Source: Balneola sp.
GTDB lineage: Bacteria > Bacteroidota > Rhodothermia > Balneolales > Balneolaceae
Assembly (NCBI GenBank): GCA_965267385.1
Contig: OZ253957.1
Location: 65,186 to 129,185, forward strand
Length of the DNA stretch: 64,000 bases
Reading direction: 5' to 3'
Positions 9,538 through 19,059 of the stretch are shown piece by piece. The notes below the pieces were generated by a model. It was given only the letters and a program-made list of their open reading frames with translations, searched no databases and was not told where the DNA came from. How positions within the stretch are numbered: position 1 is the stretch's first letter; every line of letters begins with the position of its first letter. A program made the translations under genes and the position numbers.

Positions 9538-10380
9538 TCATTCCCGCTTCAGATTTACATCCAGCGCACTGCTGACCTCTGAGCTGAGGGTATAGTCATG
9601 TTCCAGAAGAACTTGTTTGGCCTGTTCCATAGCCGAGGTCCTGATCGCGGAGAGGTCGGCGTGCTCCGAAAAGGTATTGATCCAGAAAAAAACCTCAAGC
9701 TCAATGTAGTTTGCTGTGAAGTTGGAAGCCTGCACGGTGGGGGCGGGCACTTCAATGATACCCTCGGTCTCACACAGTGAATTGAGGACGAGTTTCTGTG
9801 CCTGCGCAAGGTCGTCACGGTAATCAATACCGATAACAAAGCTGGTTCTTCGTAGCCCGTCCCGGGTAAAGTTATGCAGCGGGTTTTTGTAGATCATGGC
9901 GCTGGGGATGAAAATATCAATTCCGTCAGCGGCCCGGACATGCACATCGCGGATGTTGATCTGCCGCACAATTCCCCGGATCCCGTTACTCTCAATGAGA
10001 TCTCCCACATCGAAAGAGCGGCTGAAAGACATAAAGAAACCAGCCAGAAGGTTTTCACCGATCTCCCGGAACGCAAAGCCCAGCACAACGGTAAGGATAC
10101 CTCCCGCAGCCAGGATGCTGGACGCCGCTTTGGTAAGCCCCATAATGTTCAAGGCTATGGTAAGCCCGATGAGATAAAAGCCCCATCGTGTAAGCCTTCT
10201 CATTAACTGGGTCTTGATGGGGGAAAGGCGGGTTCGGGAGAGTAGTTTTTTTAAGCCGCGACCGGCCAGTAAGCCTATAAAGACGAAGAGGATGAATATT
10301 GCCAAACCAACGGCAATTTCCGGGGCGGCAGCTTTTAGGCGACTAAAGAAATCATTGAAGCTTTGGGTGATATCTTCCAT
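9538..10380 (-). CDS. mechanosensitive ion channel (MscS family)
   Basis: Three N-terminal TM helices, then the beta domain (GDLIESNGIRGIVRQINIRDVHVRAADG). Confidence 0.8.
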   Translation of the reverse strand: MEDITQSFNDFFSRLKAAAPEIAVGLAIFILFVFIGLLAGRGLKKLLSRTRLSPIKTQLMRRLTRWGFYLIGLTIALNIMGLTKAASSILAAGGILTVVLGFAFREIGENLLAGFFMSFSRSFDVGDLIESNGIRGIVRQINIRDVHVRAADGIDIFIPSAMIYKNPLHNFTRDGLRRTSFVIGIDYRDDLAQAQKLVLNSLCETEGIIEVPAPTVQASNFTANYIELEVFFWINTFSEHADLSAIRTSAMEQAKQVLLEHDYTLSSEVSSALDVNLKRE

Positions 10381-10422
10381 AACAGCTATATAGAATGAAG
10401 GTCGTGAGGTTTTGTTTCGGGA

Positions 10423-11250
10423 TCAATCTACCGACCAGTCAATGCAAATGCTCAGAAAATTGTGCACTATGGAGCGGGGATCATTCGAGTTCAGCAGTTC
10501 GGACCAGCTGAGCGCGGCACCACTCAGCTCCGCGGGATACCATGCTCCGTTGGCTAATCCGGGAGCGTCCTTGTAATCGGGGTTCCCGTTCTTCTGCCAT
10601 CGGGTAACGTAGAAATAAGGTTCCCCGATGATCGAATCTGCAATAGCATAACCGATTCTGAAAGATCGCAGTGGATCGCCCTCCTCATCGAACTCAAAGG
10701 GAATGTAGCTTCCGTGATCAAAATGGTGGGGCCAGGTCCGAAGCGGCCCCGCCTGTTCATATTCAGAACAGAAGGGCCTTAAGGCGGCCTCGGAAAAGCT
10801 CCGGTGATCAGCCAGCTCTTTGCAATACTCCTGTTCGGCCTCAAAGCGTTTACCGCTGTCGGTTGGGTGTCCGGGGATCTCGTAGTGCATTTCAAGATCC
10901 ATGTCTGAAGCGTCAATCTGTTTAAGCATCAGGGCTTTTCTGAGCCACATCAATACCTCCTGTTTGGTTTTACCCGAAAGCGGAAGCGCGGCCAGTTCCA
11001 GGTAGCCGGGTCCAAGCACCTTCAGTGTTAAGGAAGGGACGTGCAATGCCACTCGTGCGCGTTGGTTGATCAGGCCTCCGACAAATTGCTGAGTATCCAT
11101 TCTCCATTCCATGTTGGTGTGGCTGTCATCTTCTTTGGTTTTCTTCAAATACTTGCCGGATGCCGCTATAAACTGCACCGCATGGTGAAGGGTGGACTGT
11201 ACTTCATTAAGTTTGTTGATGTTGAGGTCGGGGTCAGGTAGAAAATCCAT
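10423..11250 (-). CDS. conserved hypothetical protein
   Basis: A 275-aa ORF with coding-like composition. I recognise no motif. Confidence 0.55.
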   Translation of the reverse strand: MDFLPDPDLNINKLNEVQSTLHHAVQFIAASGKYLKKTKEDDSHTNMEWRMDTQQFVGGLINQRARVALHVPSLTLKVLGPGYLELAALPLSGKTKQEVLMWLRKALMLKQIDASDMDLEMHYEIPGHPTDSGKRFEAEQEYCKELADHRSFSEAALRPFCSEYEQAGPLRTWPHHFDHGSYIPFEFDEEGDPLRSFRIGYAIADSIIGEPYFYVTRWQKNGNPDYKDAPGLANGAWYPAELSGAALSWSELLNSNDPRSIVHNFLSICIDWSVD

Positions 11251-11418
11251 GGAACAGGTTTGTAAATTGATCAGGTACCACCAGGATCTTAATCAATCAA
11301 AAAGATAGAGTCAGGCTGGTACCGAGCGGGTGCACTGATTCAATAAAGGCAAGCAGGGGTAAAATAAAAAGCCCCTGAAGATATCCTCCTCAGAGGCCTG
11401 GGGTACAATGAATATTGA

Positions 11419-11832
11419 TTATAAATATTCAATGGTTGTACTTAGAGTACCAAGATAGGTTCCTTTCATGTTCTTGGCTGGTGCGACTTTGGGTTTTAGT
11501 GAGAATGTGTGTGTCCCTTTCTGTATATCAGATTCCACGTTAACATGGGTGTCAACAAGGATGCTTTCTCCAAACTGGTTGGTGGCGGTAATGGTCTTAG
11601 TGGGATTGATCAAAACCTGGGCATAGGGGGCATTGTTGATGGTAAGACCGGGCCTGTATTCTTCTGTTTCTGTGATTAGAGGATTGAAGTCAAGCCCGGT
11701 GGAAGACTCAACACTGGAGCCATTTACTACCGTAACGGATACTTTCATGACGGCGGTTGATTGTGCCTGTATAACCTGAGTACCCAGAGCTAACAACATT
11801 GAAAAAACCAGTGATTTATAAAATGAACCCAT
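11419..11832 (-). CDS. secreted beta-rich protein (possibly DUF4402-like)
   Basis: Signal peptide ending VIQAQS, and a C-terminus GTYLGTLSTTIEYL typical of small secreted beta-sandwich families. Family name is tentative. Confidence 0.5.
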   Translation of the reverse strand: MGSFYKSLVFSMLLALGTQVIQAQSTAVMKVSVTVVNGSSVESSTGLDFNPLITETEEYRPGLTINNAPYAQVLINPTKTITATNQFGESILVDTHVNVESDIQKGTHTFSLKPKVAPAKNMKGTYLGTLSTTIEYL

Positions 11833-11936
11833 ACCGATAACTGAATTTCTTCACTTATCGGAAAAAGATTAAAAAATTTTAATATTAATTTATTCTAATA
11901 TTTTTGGTGAGCAGTAACCGTTTGTACTTCAGTTAG

Positions 11937-12434
11937 TTACAGGAAGAGAAATTTTTTGATCTTAAGTCTTTTTGCCTGTTTCTGCAGTCTAAATAAGGTG
12001 CTCTCCGGGACTCCGAATAGGTTTTCATCCACTTCCGGTGCACAAAGCAATTCAGAGACATTGAGTACTCCTAAATACTTCAGAAAGGTGAAGAAGCTTT
12101 TCCGGGGGTAGCTTTTCCTGTTTTTGTGCAGGATGTTCAGGATCTGCTCCCATTGCCGGGGCTTCATGGAATATTCTGTGCCCAGGCCTTGCGCATCCGT
12201 TTCCGAACCATGAAGCAGGCAGGCGTTGAGTTGTTGTTCAAGATCTTCCGGAAGAGGCTCGGGGCGCAGTAGCTTTGGTCCGCTGGTACCCCTGGTCCGT
12301 TTTGGGAAGAAGCTCTTCCACATTTCTCCGGTCTTTGGGTCGTGGTAAAAAACTTCCAGTGTCTGGTCATCTTTGCGCAAAGTGACCATCTCCCTGGTTC
12401 TCTCGATCTGCTGCTGGCGCTGTAGCACGTACAT
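11937..12434 (-). CDS. hypothetical protein
   Basis: 165-aa ORF with no motif recognised. Confidence 0.45.
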   Translation of the reverse strand: MYVLQRQQQIERTREMVTLRKDDQTLEVFYHDPKTGEMWKSFFPKRTRGTSGPKLLRPEPLPEDLEQQLNACLLHGSETDAQGLGTEYSMKPRQWEQILNILHKNRKSYPRKSFFTFLKYLGVLNVSELLCAPEVDENLFGVPESTLFRLQKQAKRLKIKKFLFL

Positions 12435-12538
12435 GATGAAGGATGATGACTTTTAAAGTGTAAACTCGCCCTGAAAGAGAATGTTCCACCCGCTTTTGTG
12501 ACAATCTTATCTGTTAATATACAATGAGGCAGGTATGC

Positions 12539-13675
12539 TTAATCGATGGAGATGCCATCACATCGGTACTGGTGAGGGTAGATACAGACTTCATCAAACA
12601 TATCAACCCACGCGAACCAGTATCCTTTATAGTTGAATGGAGAGGCCAGTCTTTCTCCTTCACGGGGGCCCTGGCGGGCGACTCCGAAGATATCCCAGAG
12701 ATTTCCTTCCTGGTCAGTCATGATGATGGGAAGCGCATCCTGAACCGGCTCAAAGCTCAAGACGGTCTGATCGCTTTGGGTAGTTGCTGAATACACCGCG
12801 GACAGGTCTTTGGGGCCATGACTTATGAATACGAGATGTTCATTATTGAATATCTCGTTAATCACCCGGAGAGAATCTGTATAAAGGTCAGGGGGATATA
12901 TGCGGATCCGGAAGGAAGTGGAATCTGCACCCGGAAAAACGACTCCATGAACCCTGTCTTTATTTTGCAACCTGTTGTCGGTTCTCTTTACAGGAAAAAT
13001 AAACTCGTCGTGATCTGTTAAATACCCTTTTCCATAGGCATAACTCATGTACCCTTCGGTGGACCATACATCCGGTCGCAGTACTTTGCTGTCAGGAAAC
13101 ATTTCCACCCAGGTTGACCACCGGGTTTCTATGACGGGTATCATTTCGGGAATATAACCGATCATCTCACCCTGAACGCTTAGGATCCTCATCTGAGACC
13201 ACCGGCTGTTTGTATTGCGATCGTAGAGGATAAGGTTGTTCCTAAACAACAGTCCGGAAACTCCAAACTCCGTATGCTCATCATTGATACATGCATCCCA
13301 CGCCATTCCGGTTCCGGTCAATGGGCAATAATGTATAGTTAGACGATCTTCTCCGAAGCTGTCATTGACGATCTCATGCCAGTCCAGAATCTGGTGGGGG
13401 TAGGCACGGATCTCACCATTGTGATTAAGCGCGATGACCAGGCGGTCATCCACGATGTAGTCAATCTCTTCGGGGGAGACAAATACCGGATGATCGATCG
13501 ACCGGATTCCATCCTGGCCCGGGCCTCCGTCCACAACCTCGTCAGCGGGGATCAGCCAGTCGCCGTTTCCATGCTGGTTCGTATCGTCAGCAGCTCCTCC
13601 GGATGATACCTTACCCTCACAGGAACAAAGCAGTGCTATGAGCAGAAGATGATATAAAAACAAACTTAAACGCAT
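12539..13675 (-). CDS. DUF3179-domain protein (lipoprotein)
   Basis: LLCSC lipobox, DGIRSIDHPVF and YPHQILDWHEIVND. Its start overlaps the stop of the upstream OMP gene (ATGA). Confidence 0.7.
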   Translation of the reverse strand: MRLSLFLYHLLLIALLCSCEGKVSSGGAADDTNQHGNGDWLIPADEVVDGGPGQDGIRSIDHPVFVSPEEIDYIVDDRLVIALNHNGEIRAYPHQILDWHEIVNDSFGEDRLTIHYCPLTGTGMAWDACINDEHTEFGVSGLLFRNNLILYDRNTNSRWSQMRILSVQGEMIGYIPEMIPVIETRWSTWVEMFPDSKVLRPDVWSTEGYMSYAYGKGYLTDHDEFIFPVKRTDNRLQNKDRVHGVVFPGADSTSFRIRIYPPDLYTDSLRVINEIFNNEHLVFISHGPKDLSAVYSATTQSDQTVLSFEPVQDALPIIMTDQEGNLWDIFGVARQGPREGERLASPFNYKGYWFAWVDMFDEVCIYPHQYRCDGISID

Positions 13676-14637
13676 CAGAAAATCAGTCGCGGTTTAAAGC
13701 TGTAGAAAAGAGAGCCGGTTAGCGCAAAGGTTGATGTGGACTGTATTCCTTCGAGATGCTGGAATACGGGGAGTTGGGCCGTCAGCTGAAAGGAAAGGCC
13801 CCGAGTGATCTTAGTCCTTAACGAAGGACGGATATATACCCAATGTCCTCCGGTATTAGGAAGTGGGTTTCCCTCAAGGCGATGAGCTTGTGTACTCCGG
13901 TACTGTGCCGAGAGCACATAATTCCAGTCCCGGAACAGTTTGTTCCCTATTCCGAGAGTGGAAACAAACTCATTTCCGAATCGATAGCGGTCATCAGCAG
14001 ATTCAAAACGCTGGGCGTCTCCGTTCAGTTTGTAAGAATTAACCCAGAACAGATTCAGATTGGTGGCAGGGCTGAAGGTTTTTGAATAATAACTCCAAAC
14101 CACGGCATCCCATGATCCGGTACCGGGCTGCATATCGGCATTTAGCTGAATATTATTGGCTTTGAGACCGAAATCCCCCAGCGGTGCTTTCACTCCAAGG
14201 CCAATTGCAAGCTGGTACTGTTCACGAATGGTGTTTTGATGGACCACATATTTAACCATAAAAAGGGCGTCCCCCAGTCCACGGGTAGAAATGGTAACGG
14301 GATCGGGGGTTTGCAGCCCGGATTCTCTGGTTTTATCGATAAGGGAAAAGGTGCCGGAAATGGTAAGTCGCTGAGTGAACCCATAGTGAAACTCGAGTAA
14401 GGCTGTGGATGTGCTTCTTCGTACAGAAGGGTTATCCAGCCGCTCATTTCCGTTATAAAGATCATTGATGGCATGATGCTGATAGCTCAGGCCAATCAAA
14501 AGGTTATGTCGGGAAGCAGCGCTGATGGTCTGTGTATTCAGAAGCGGAGCACCCGCACAACCGCAGGTTTGAGCGATAGCATAATCGAAAAAAAATAACG
14601 GCACGAGCACTACGAGAAATGTTGATATAGATTTCAT
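13675..14637 (-). CDS. outer-membrane beta-barrel protein
   Basis: Signal peptide, alternating beta pattern, and a C-terminal ...SLFYSFKPRLIF. Confidence 0.6.
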   Translation of the reverse strand: MKSISTFLVVLVPLFFFDYAIAQTCGCAGAPLLNTQTISAASRHNLLIGLSYQHHAINDLYNGNERLDNPSVRRSTSTALLEFHYGFTQRLTISGTFSLIDKTRESGLQTPDPVTISTRGLGDALFMVKYVVHQNTIREQYQLAIGLGVKAPLGDFGLKANNIQLNADMQPGTGSWDAVVWSYYSKTFSPATNLNLFWVNSYKLNGDAQRFESADDRYRFGNEFVSTLGIGNKLFRDWNYVLSAQYRSTQAHRLEGNPLPNTGGHWVYIRPSLRTKITRGLSFQLTAQLPVFQHLEGIQSTSTFALTGSLFYSFKPRLIF

Positions 14638-14914
14638 AGCACTGGCTTCATATTAGGGAATACATAATCAGGATATTACATACGGGATTATAGTGCAAGA
14701 ATGGAAGAGGAAAAAGCGTCCTGGGTTTTGCTCAAGATGGGTTGGAGGAGCTGCTGCAGGTTCAGAGCACTAAGCATATCAAAATGTATATACATTCTGC
14801 CCGAAAGGAATTATAATCCCGCGGTGTTATCCAAATCCTTAAGCCTGGGAGAGCAAGAATCGCCCTCTGGGACTAAGCTAAAGATCAACTTGGCCTTCGA
14901 GGCTGAGAGTGAAT

Positions 14915-15245
14915 GATAATGGCAAACCTTACCCGCTGGCCAGGCGTTATAACAGAAGCTTCCATGAGCAAGTAGTCTTAGCATCAGCATGGATGGGAAA
15001 GCACGAGGCACCGACAATGCGGCTATTGAACGCTGGTTTTTACCATCAAACGAAAACACGTTTACTTATATCCTGCAAGAAATGGATTGGAGCAGCAACA
15101 GGGAATAGATACATCCATAAAAAATAACCGACAAGACACCAAGGCATTGACCGTAGAAAACCTGGAGACCTGTGCCTCAATGCCGTTTAACCATGAACTA
15201 ACAAACCCATTCCAGTGGTCTAGCAAATAGGGAGTACTTCAAGAT
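14915..15245 (+). pseudogene. IS3-family transposase C-terminal remnant (frameshifted)
   Basis: SMDGKARGTDNAAIERWF, then in another frame TIKRKHVYLYPARNGLEQQQGID..., which is integrase-core C-terminus-like. It ends at ...AAATAGGGAGTACTTCA, a putative terminal repeat. Confidence 0.55.
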
Positions 15246-15294
15246 TGCTGAAATTTTCTCTGCCAGAAAGTAATCAGCCTTCTTACCACAAGGG

Positions 15295-15531
15295 TCAAGA
15301 CAACTTAAGAGGTTCTTGACGGATGTATGTTAACAATTTTGGATAAATATTTTCTTTGCGATAATTAAACCGAAATTCAGACTCTTTTAGATGCAAATAG
15401 AACGTGGACGGGTGCATTCCTCGGCACTTAACCAATCGGGTTTTAGCAAAGCCCCAGAATCCTTCGATGCCATTTATATGACTGGCTGAAGTAACAAATT
15501 CATTGCGACCATGATCGACTCGAAGATGCAA
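15295..15531 (-). pseudogene. IS1595-family (ISXO2-like) transposase C-terminal fragment
   Basis: NGIEGFWGFAKTRL...YLHLKESEFRFNYRKENIY. Only about 78 aa remain. Confidence 0.65.
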
Positions 15532-15672
15532 AGAGTCTATCAGCTAGATGGAAATTCAAGTTCCCTCGAAAAGTACAAAATCAAAGAAGAGGTTGAAGTA
15601 CTAAGAATCTATGGATTACAATCGATAAAACTTATTAGTCCTTTTATCAGAAAATTGGAATTCTAGATTACT

Positions 15673-15963
15673 TTACCTATTCATTTTACTGAGTATTAGG
15701 TCCCAAAACTCAGATGAAATAGATGAAATACGGTATAAAAAATTTGGCCCTACCACCCATCCCATAACCATGCAAAACACAACAGCAAATATTACTATTT
15801 GATTATCCCACCATAAAACAATTGATCCCAAACCGAGTAAAAATAAAATGCTTTGAATTAATACTAATCCTAAAATCATACCGAAAATTGTATTCTGTAC
15901 CTTTTGGAAAAAAGACCTCTCTTTGTCCATCTTATCTTCATTAATCCTTACTTTATTATCCAT
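15673..15963 (-). CDS. small membrane protein (orphan, AT-rich)
   Basis: 96 aa with 2-3 hydrophobic helices, sitting inside the IS debris field. Confidence 0.35.
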   Translation of the reverse strand: MDNKVRINEDKMDKERSFFQKVQNTIFGMILGLVLIQSILFLLGLGSIVLWWDNQIVIFAVVFCMVMGWVVGPNFLYRISSISSEFWDLILSKMNR

Positions 15964-16049
15964 CTTAACTTTGTTTTAATTCAAATCTCAAGTTAGGTCT
16001 ACATTCAATTTATTAAAAATTATATGCTCCAATAAATGGGGAGTACTTC

Positions 16050-16113
16050 ACTTTGCCTCGGGTATATTTATTTTGTGTGGACTGATGACTATGCACACGT
16101 TGTTTCAGATCGG
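16050..16113 (-). pseudogene. internal fragment of a GIY-YIG gene (fourth copy)
   Basis: About 64 bp nearly identical to 19556-19619 of the tandem copies (CTTTGCCTCGGGTATATTT.TTTTGTGTGGACTGATGACTATGCACACGTTGTTTCAGATCGG). It is cut by the IS3 end at 16114. Confidence 0.7.
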
Positions 16114-16963
16114 TGATCCCCTCCCAATTTACTGGCCGGTTAAAAGTAGAGAATTATCGGGGATTGCTTGTTGGTTAAGGTACTCATTCGGGGTGAGATC
16201 TCCGAGTGAGCTATGAGGCCGGAAGGAATTATATTCTTGCCTCTACGCCTCAATTTTTTCTTTCGCATCCAGCAGTGATAAAAACCAATGCAGGTTCAAC
16301 CATTCATCGCGAAAGCTTCCATTAAAAGATTCAACACAGGGGTTATCGGTGGGTTTTCCAGGCCGGGATAAGTCCAGGGTTACCCCATGATCGTACGCCC
16401 AGCGGTCCAGAGCTTTAGAGATAAACTCACTTCGATTGTCTACCTGAATGCGCTCCGTAGTTTGTCCGTAGCGCTGACGCAGTCTTTCCATAATGTAGGT
16501 CACATCTACGCCCTTGAATGCGCAATCTCGATCATCCGTGCTGATAGCAGACGGTCTTCGGGTTTATCGACCGGCTGGTAGGAAAACGTAGAGCGGGCCA
16601 GCACCACCGCCACCGCTGCACGGCGTTGTGCTGGCCTTAAAACTTTTTTTGAACACCTCCTGAAGCACGTGCTTGTCCAGCGATAAATCAGTCACCAGCT
16701 TCTTGAGCTGGCTGTTTTCTTCCTCCAACTGGCGCGGGCGGCGCAGCTCGGAAGTACCTAGCCCTCCGAATTTTTTTCCAATTATACAAAGTAGCCTCGC
16801 TGATGCCCATCTTCCAACAGACTTCTCCAACTGGGTTCCGGTCTCAGTCTGCTTGAGGGCAAAGACCACTTGAGATTCGGCATATATTGTTCGTTAAAGT
16901 TAATGCAGCACTATCGCCCGAATTCTCTACTTTAGATTGGCTCAGTTTTTCGGGAGGAGGTCA
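16114..16963 (-). mobile_element. IS3-family element, internally deleted and frameshifted
   Basis: Terminal inverted repeats are TGATCCCCTCCCAATTTACTGGCC (16114, + strand) and TGACCTCCTCCCGAAAAACTGAGCC (reverse complement, ending 16963). The orfA remnant reads ...LRQLEEENSQLKKLVTDLSLDK with a shift in an A-run. The orfB remnant reads ...DNRSEFISKALDRWAYDHGVTLDLSRPGKPTDNPCVESFNGSFRDE and continues in another frame as ...QEYNSFRPHSSLGDLTPNEYL. Confidence 0.75.
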
Positions 16964-17053
16964 GTGAGTAAGGGTAAAAATAATATTTTCATTTGTTTAA
17001 AAAATTTAATAAATGCTTTAACCAGAAATAATTAACAACTTAATTCTACATCA

Positions 17054-17644
17054 TTGGTTAATTCTGCAAAAAAATATTTGCTGATGGCGATGGTTTTCAT
17101 TCTTTTTTTTGGAACAACATTTACCATTAAGCTTTTCTTCACAGATTCAATAGGTACTAAAGAACTTGCAGAGATTTATGTCCCTGATTACAAATTCGAA
17201 TCCGGCGATGAACTTGTTATGGTATATATAGGCTCCCCTTTTTGTGGATATTGTAATTCTCCAGAAATGCCAGAATTTATTGAAGCTGCTAAACTTAAAG
17301 GGAAAAGTTTAGCAGACAGTTTGGGTATGAATTATGTAGTCTATGGTTTGGCAATTAGTTGGAGTGCGTATGAAGGGATGGATCACTTAAAAAAATTTGG
17401 TCTATTTGACGAGATGATGTTGGGAAGAAGTTGGTCAAATTCAGCAGCAATAAAATATATCCATACTGATATCCCTAGCGGAAGAGTTGGTGCAGTACCC
17501 CAAGTTGTTTATACGACTAGAGAAATTATGTACCAAGAAAATGATACAAAAGACGATTACTTAATATCTAATGAAAAAGAGTATATACGTTTAGAGGGGT
17601 ACGATGAAATAAAAAATTTCGTTCAGATAAACCCAGATCTTTAG
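17054..17644 (+). CDS. membrane-anchored thioredoxin-fold protein with CxxC (TlpA/DsbA-like)
   Basis: N-terminal TM helix, LVMVYIGSPFCGYCNSPE (CGYC), and a later GAVPQVVY resembling a cis-Pro loop. The track start is a TTG; an alternative ATG lies at 17084. Confidence 0.55.
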   Translation: MVNSAKKYLLMAMVFILFFGTTFTIKLFFTDSIGTKELAEIYVPDYKFESGDELVMVYIGSPFCGYCNSPEMPEFIEAAKLKGKSLADSLGMNYVVYGLAISWSAYEGMDHLKKFGLFDEMMLGRSWSNSAAIKYIHTDIPSGRVGAVPQVVYTTREIMYQENDTKDDYLISNEKEYIRLEGYDEIKNFVQINPDL

Positions 17645-17648
17645 ATTT

Positions 17649-18668
17649 ATGATAAAACTACTTAAAACTGCTCCACTAATATTTGTTTTCTTTTCGGCCG
17701 TACATTCTCAGGAAATTGATAATATGTCACGAACATTAGAATCTGTTGAGTTACCTACAGACTTAGAATATTTTATTGGAGGCATCAAAGATTTACGGTT
17801 TTCCGAAAGTGGAATAGTAATAATTGATGAGACTGAGACCAAGGTTATCGCTTTATCTCGCAAAGGTGATAGTATGGGATTAATTGGAAGATCAGGGAGG
17901 GGGCCTGGGGAGTATCTAGATCCATCAGATGTGGAACTAGCAGAGATGAGTATATTCTTGTTAGATAAGTCCGAAAGTAAAATCATTAAGTACAGTTACA
18001 ATAAAGAAACTCAAAAATATGAGTATTTAAGTTCAAAAATTTTTGAGTTCCAGTTAAAAGACATGTGCTTCTCACAAGGTTCAGGATTATTTGTTTTAGG
18101 GGTAAATTCAAATGGATTTATTCATTCTATATCGCAGGAAAATTTTCAAATAATAAGGTCCTTGGGAAAAGAGACAAATGAAGTATCTCCAAATGAAAGG
18201 CTTAAATTTTCAGATGGTAAATTAAGTTGTGATAGAAATTATGTCTATGTGGCACCCAGACTCGACAATGAAATTTTAGCCTTAGATATAAATAATGGAA
18301 AAGTTAATTTTAATGTAAAACTTGAAGAAATAAGTCCCATTGTAACAGTTATTGAAAGACTCGGTGAAAGGAGTAGGCTAGTTAATAAATATTATACGGG
18401 TGAATCCTATAACGAGCTTGGGGATTATCATGACATAGTATTTAATATTGATGTCATTACAGATAACAAAGTTTTAGTCCAGTATATTAGAAAATTTAAG
18501 GATTCCGATACTGAAGATTTAATCACGCTAGTAGTAGATCTCCTTAATAATGAATATAAGGTATTGGAAGATGTGCCTAAATTATTTTCGGGTCCAGGCA
18601 GCAAATTTGCTTCCGATATTTTTATGGATGAGAATCGATTAATTTTCTATGAGCTAAATCAAGAGTAA
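17649..18668 (+). CDS. 6-bladed beta-propeller protein (NHL-like, BF3164/DUF5128-type)
   Basis: Signal peptide and IGRSGRGPGEYLDPSDV, the GxGPGE blade motif of this Bacteroidota family. It starts 4 nt after the upstream gene. Confidence 0.6.
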   Translation: MIKLLKTAPLIFVFFSAVHSQEIDNMSRTLESVELPTDLEYFIGGIKDLRFSESGIVIIDETETKVIALSRKGDSMGLIGRSGRGPGEYLDPSDVELAEMSIFLLDKSESKIIKYSYNKETQKYEYLSSKIFEFQLKDMCFSQGSGLFVLGVNSNGFIHSISQENFQIIRSLGKETNEVSPNERLKFSDGKLSCDRNYVYVAPRLDNEILALDINNGKVNFNVKLEEISPIVTVIERLGERSRLVNKYYTGESYNELGDYHDIVFNIDVITDNKVLVQYIRKFKDSDTEDLITLVVDLLNNEYKVLEDVPKLFSGPGSKFASDIFMDENRLIFYELNQE

Positions 18669-18696
18669 CCTTAACTAAAACTAATAGGTAACATTT

Positions 18697-18966
18697 ATGC
18701 GTCAATTAAAATATCTTAAAAATAAATCTTTACTGGGTATTGCTTTATTTGCCATAATTTTAGGCTTAAATATAACTCCCCAAACCACACATGCCACTAA
18801 TGGAGCTCAATTGGAACGCCAGTTTTTGATGGAATGCGAGGATAAGGGCTGCGATGATGAAGAGCCAAAATGTGTACAAAAGACAGGTTATTATAGCTGC
18901 TTAGCTACTCCGTCCGAAAGTACTTGTTCTGCTTGGACCTGTTCTGGAGATCCTGGTGAGGGTTAG
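18697..18966 (+). CDS. secreted acidic 6-cysteine peptide (about 56 aa mature)
   Basis: Sec-type signal (MRQLKYLKNKSLLGIALFAIILGL...TTHA), then ...ECEDKGCDDEEPKCVQKTGYYSCLATPSESTCSAWTCSG. Last gene before a terminator. Confidence 0.55.
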   Translation: MRQLKYLKNKSLLGIALFAIILGLNITPQTTHATNGAQLERQFLMECEDKGCDDEEPKCVQKTGYYSCLATPSESTCSAWTCSGDPGEG

Positions 18967-18989
18967 TAAGTCACTTTTTCAAAAGGTAA

Positions 18990-19017
18990 AGCTCACAGTT
19001 TATGTGGGCTTTTTTTA
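18990..19017 (+). terminator. rho-independent terminator of the AT-rich cassette
   Basis: GCTCACA-gttta-TGTGGGC (one mismatch) followed by T7. Confidence 0.5.
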
Positions 19018-19059
19018 TGCAACTAATTTTTATTCATTAGTTGTTCTCGATATGTCAGC

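Noticed and set aside
12524-12790. 88-aa plus-strand ORF at the 3' end of the DUF3179 gene
   Set aside because: It is antisense to the conserved DUF3179 reading frame, has no motif and has no room for its own expression signals.
14701-15127. Track ORFs 14701..14916, 14811..15059 and 14909..15127
   Set aside because: They fall in the IS3-like debris. The only recognisable signal there is frameshifted transposase sequence, so these are pseudogene frames rather than genes.
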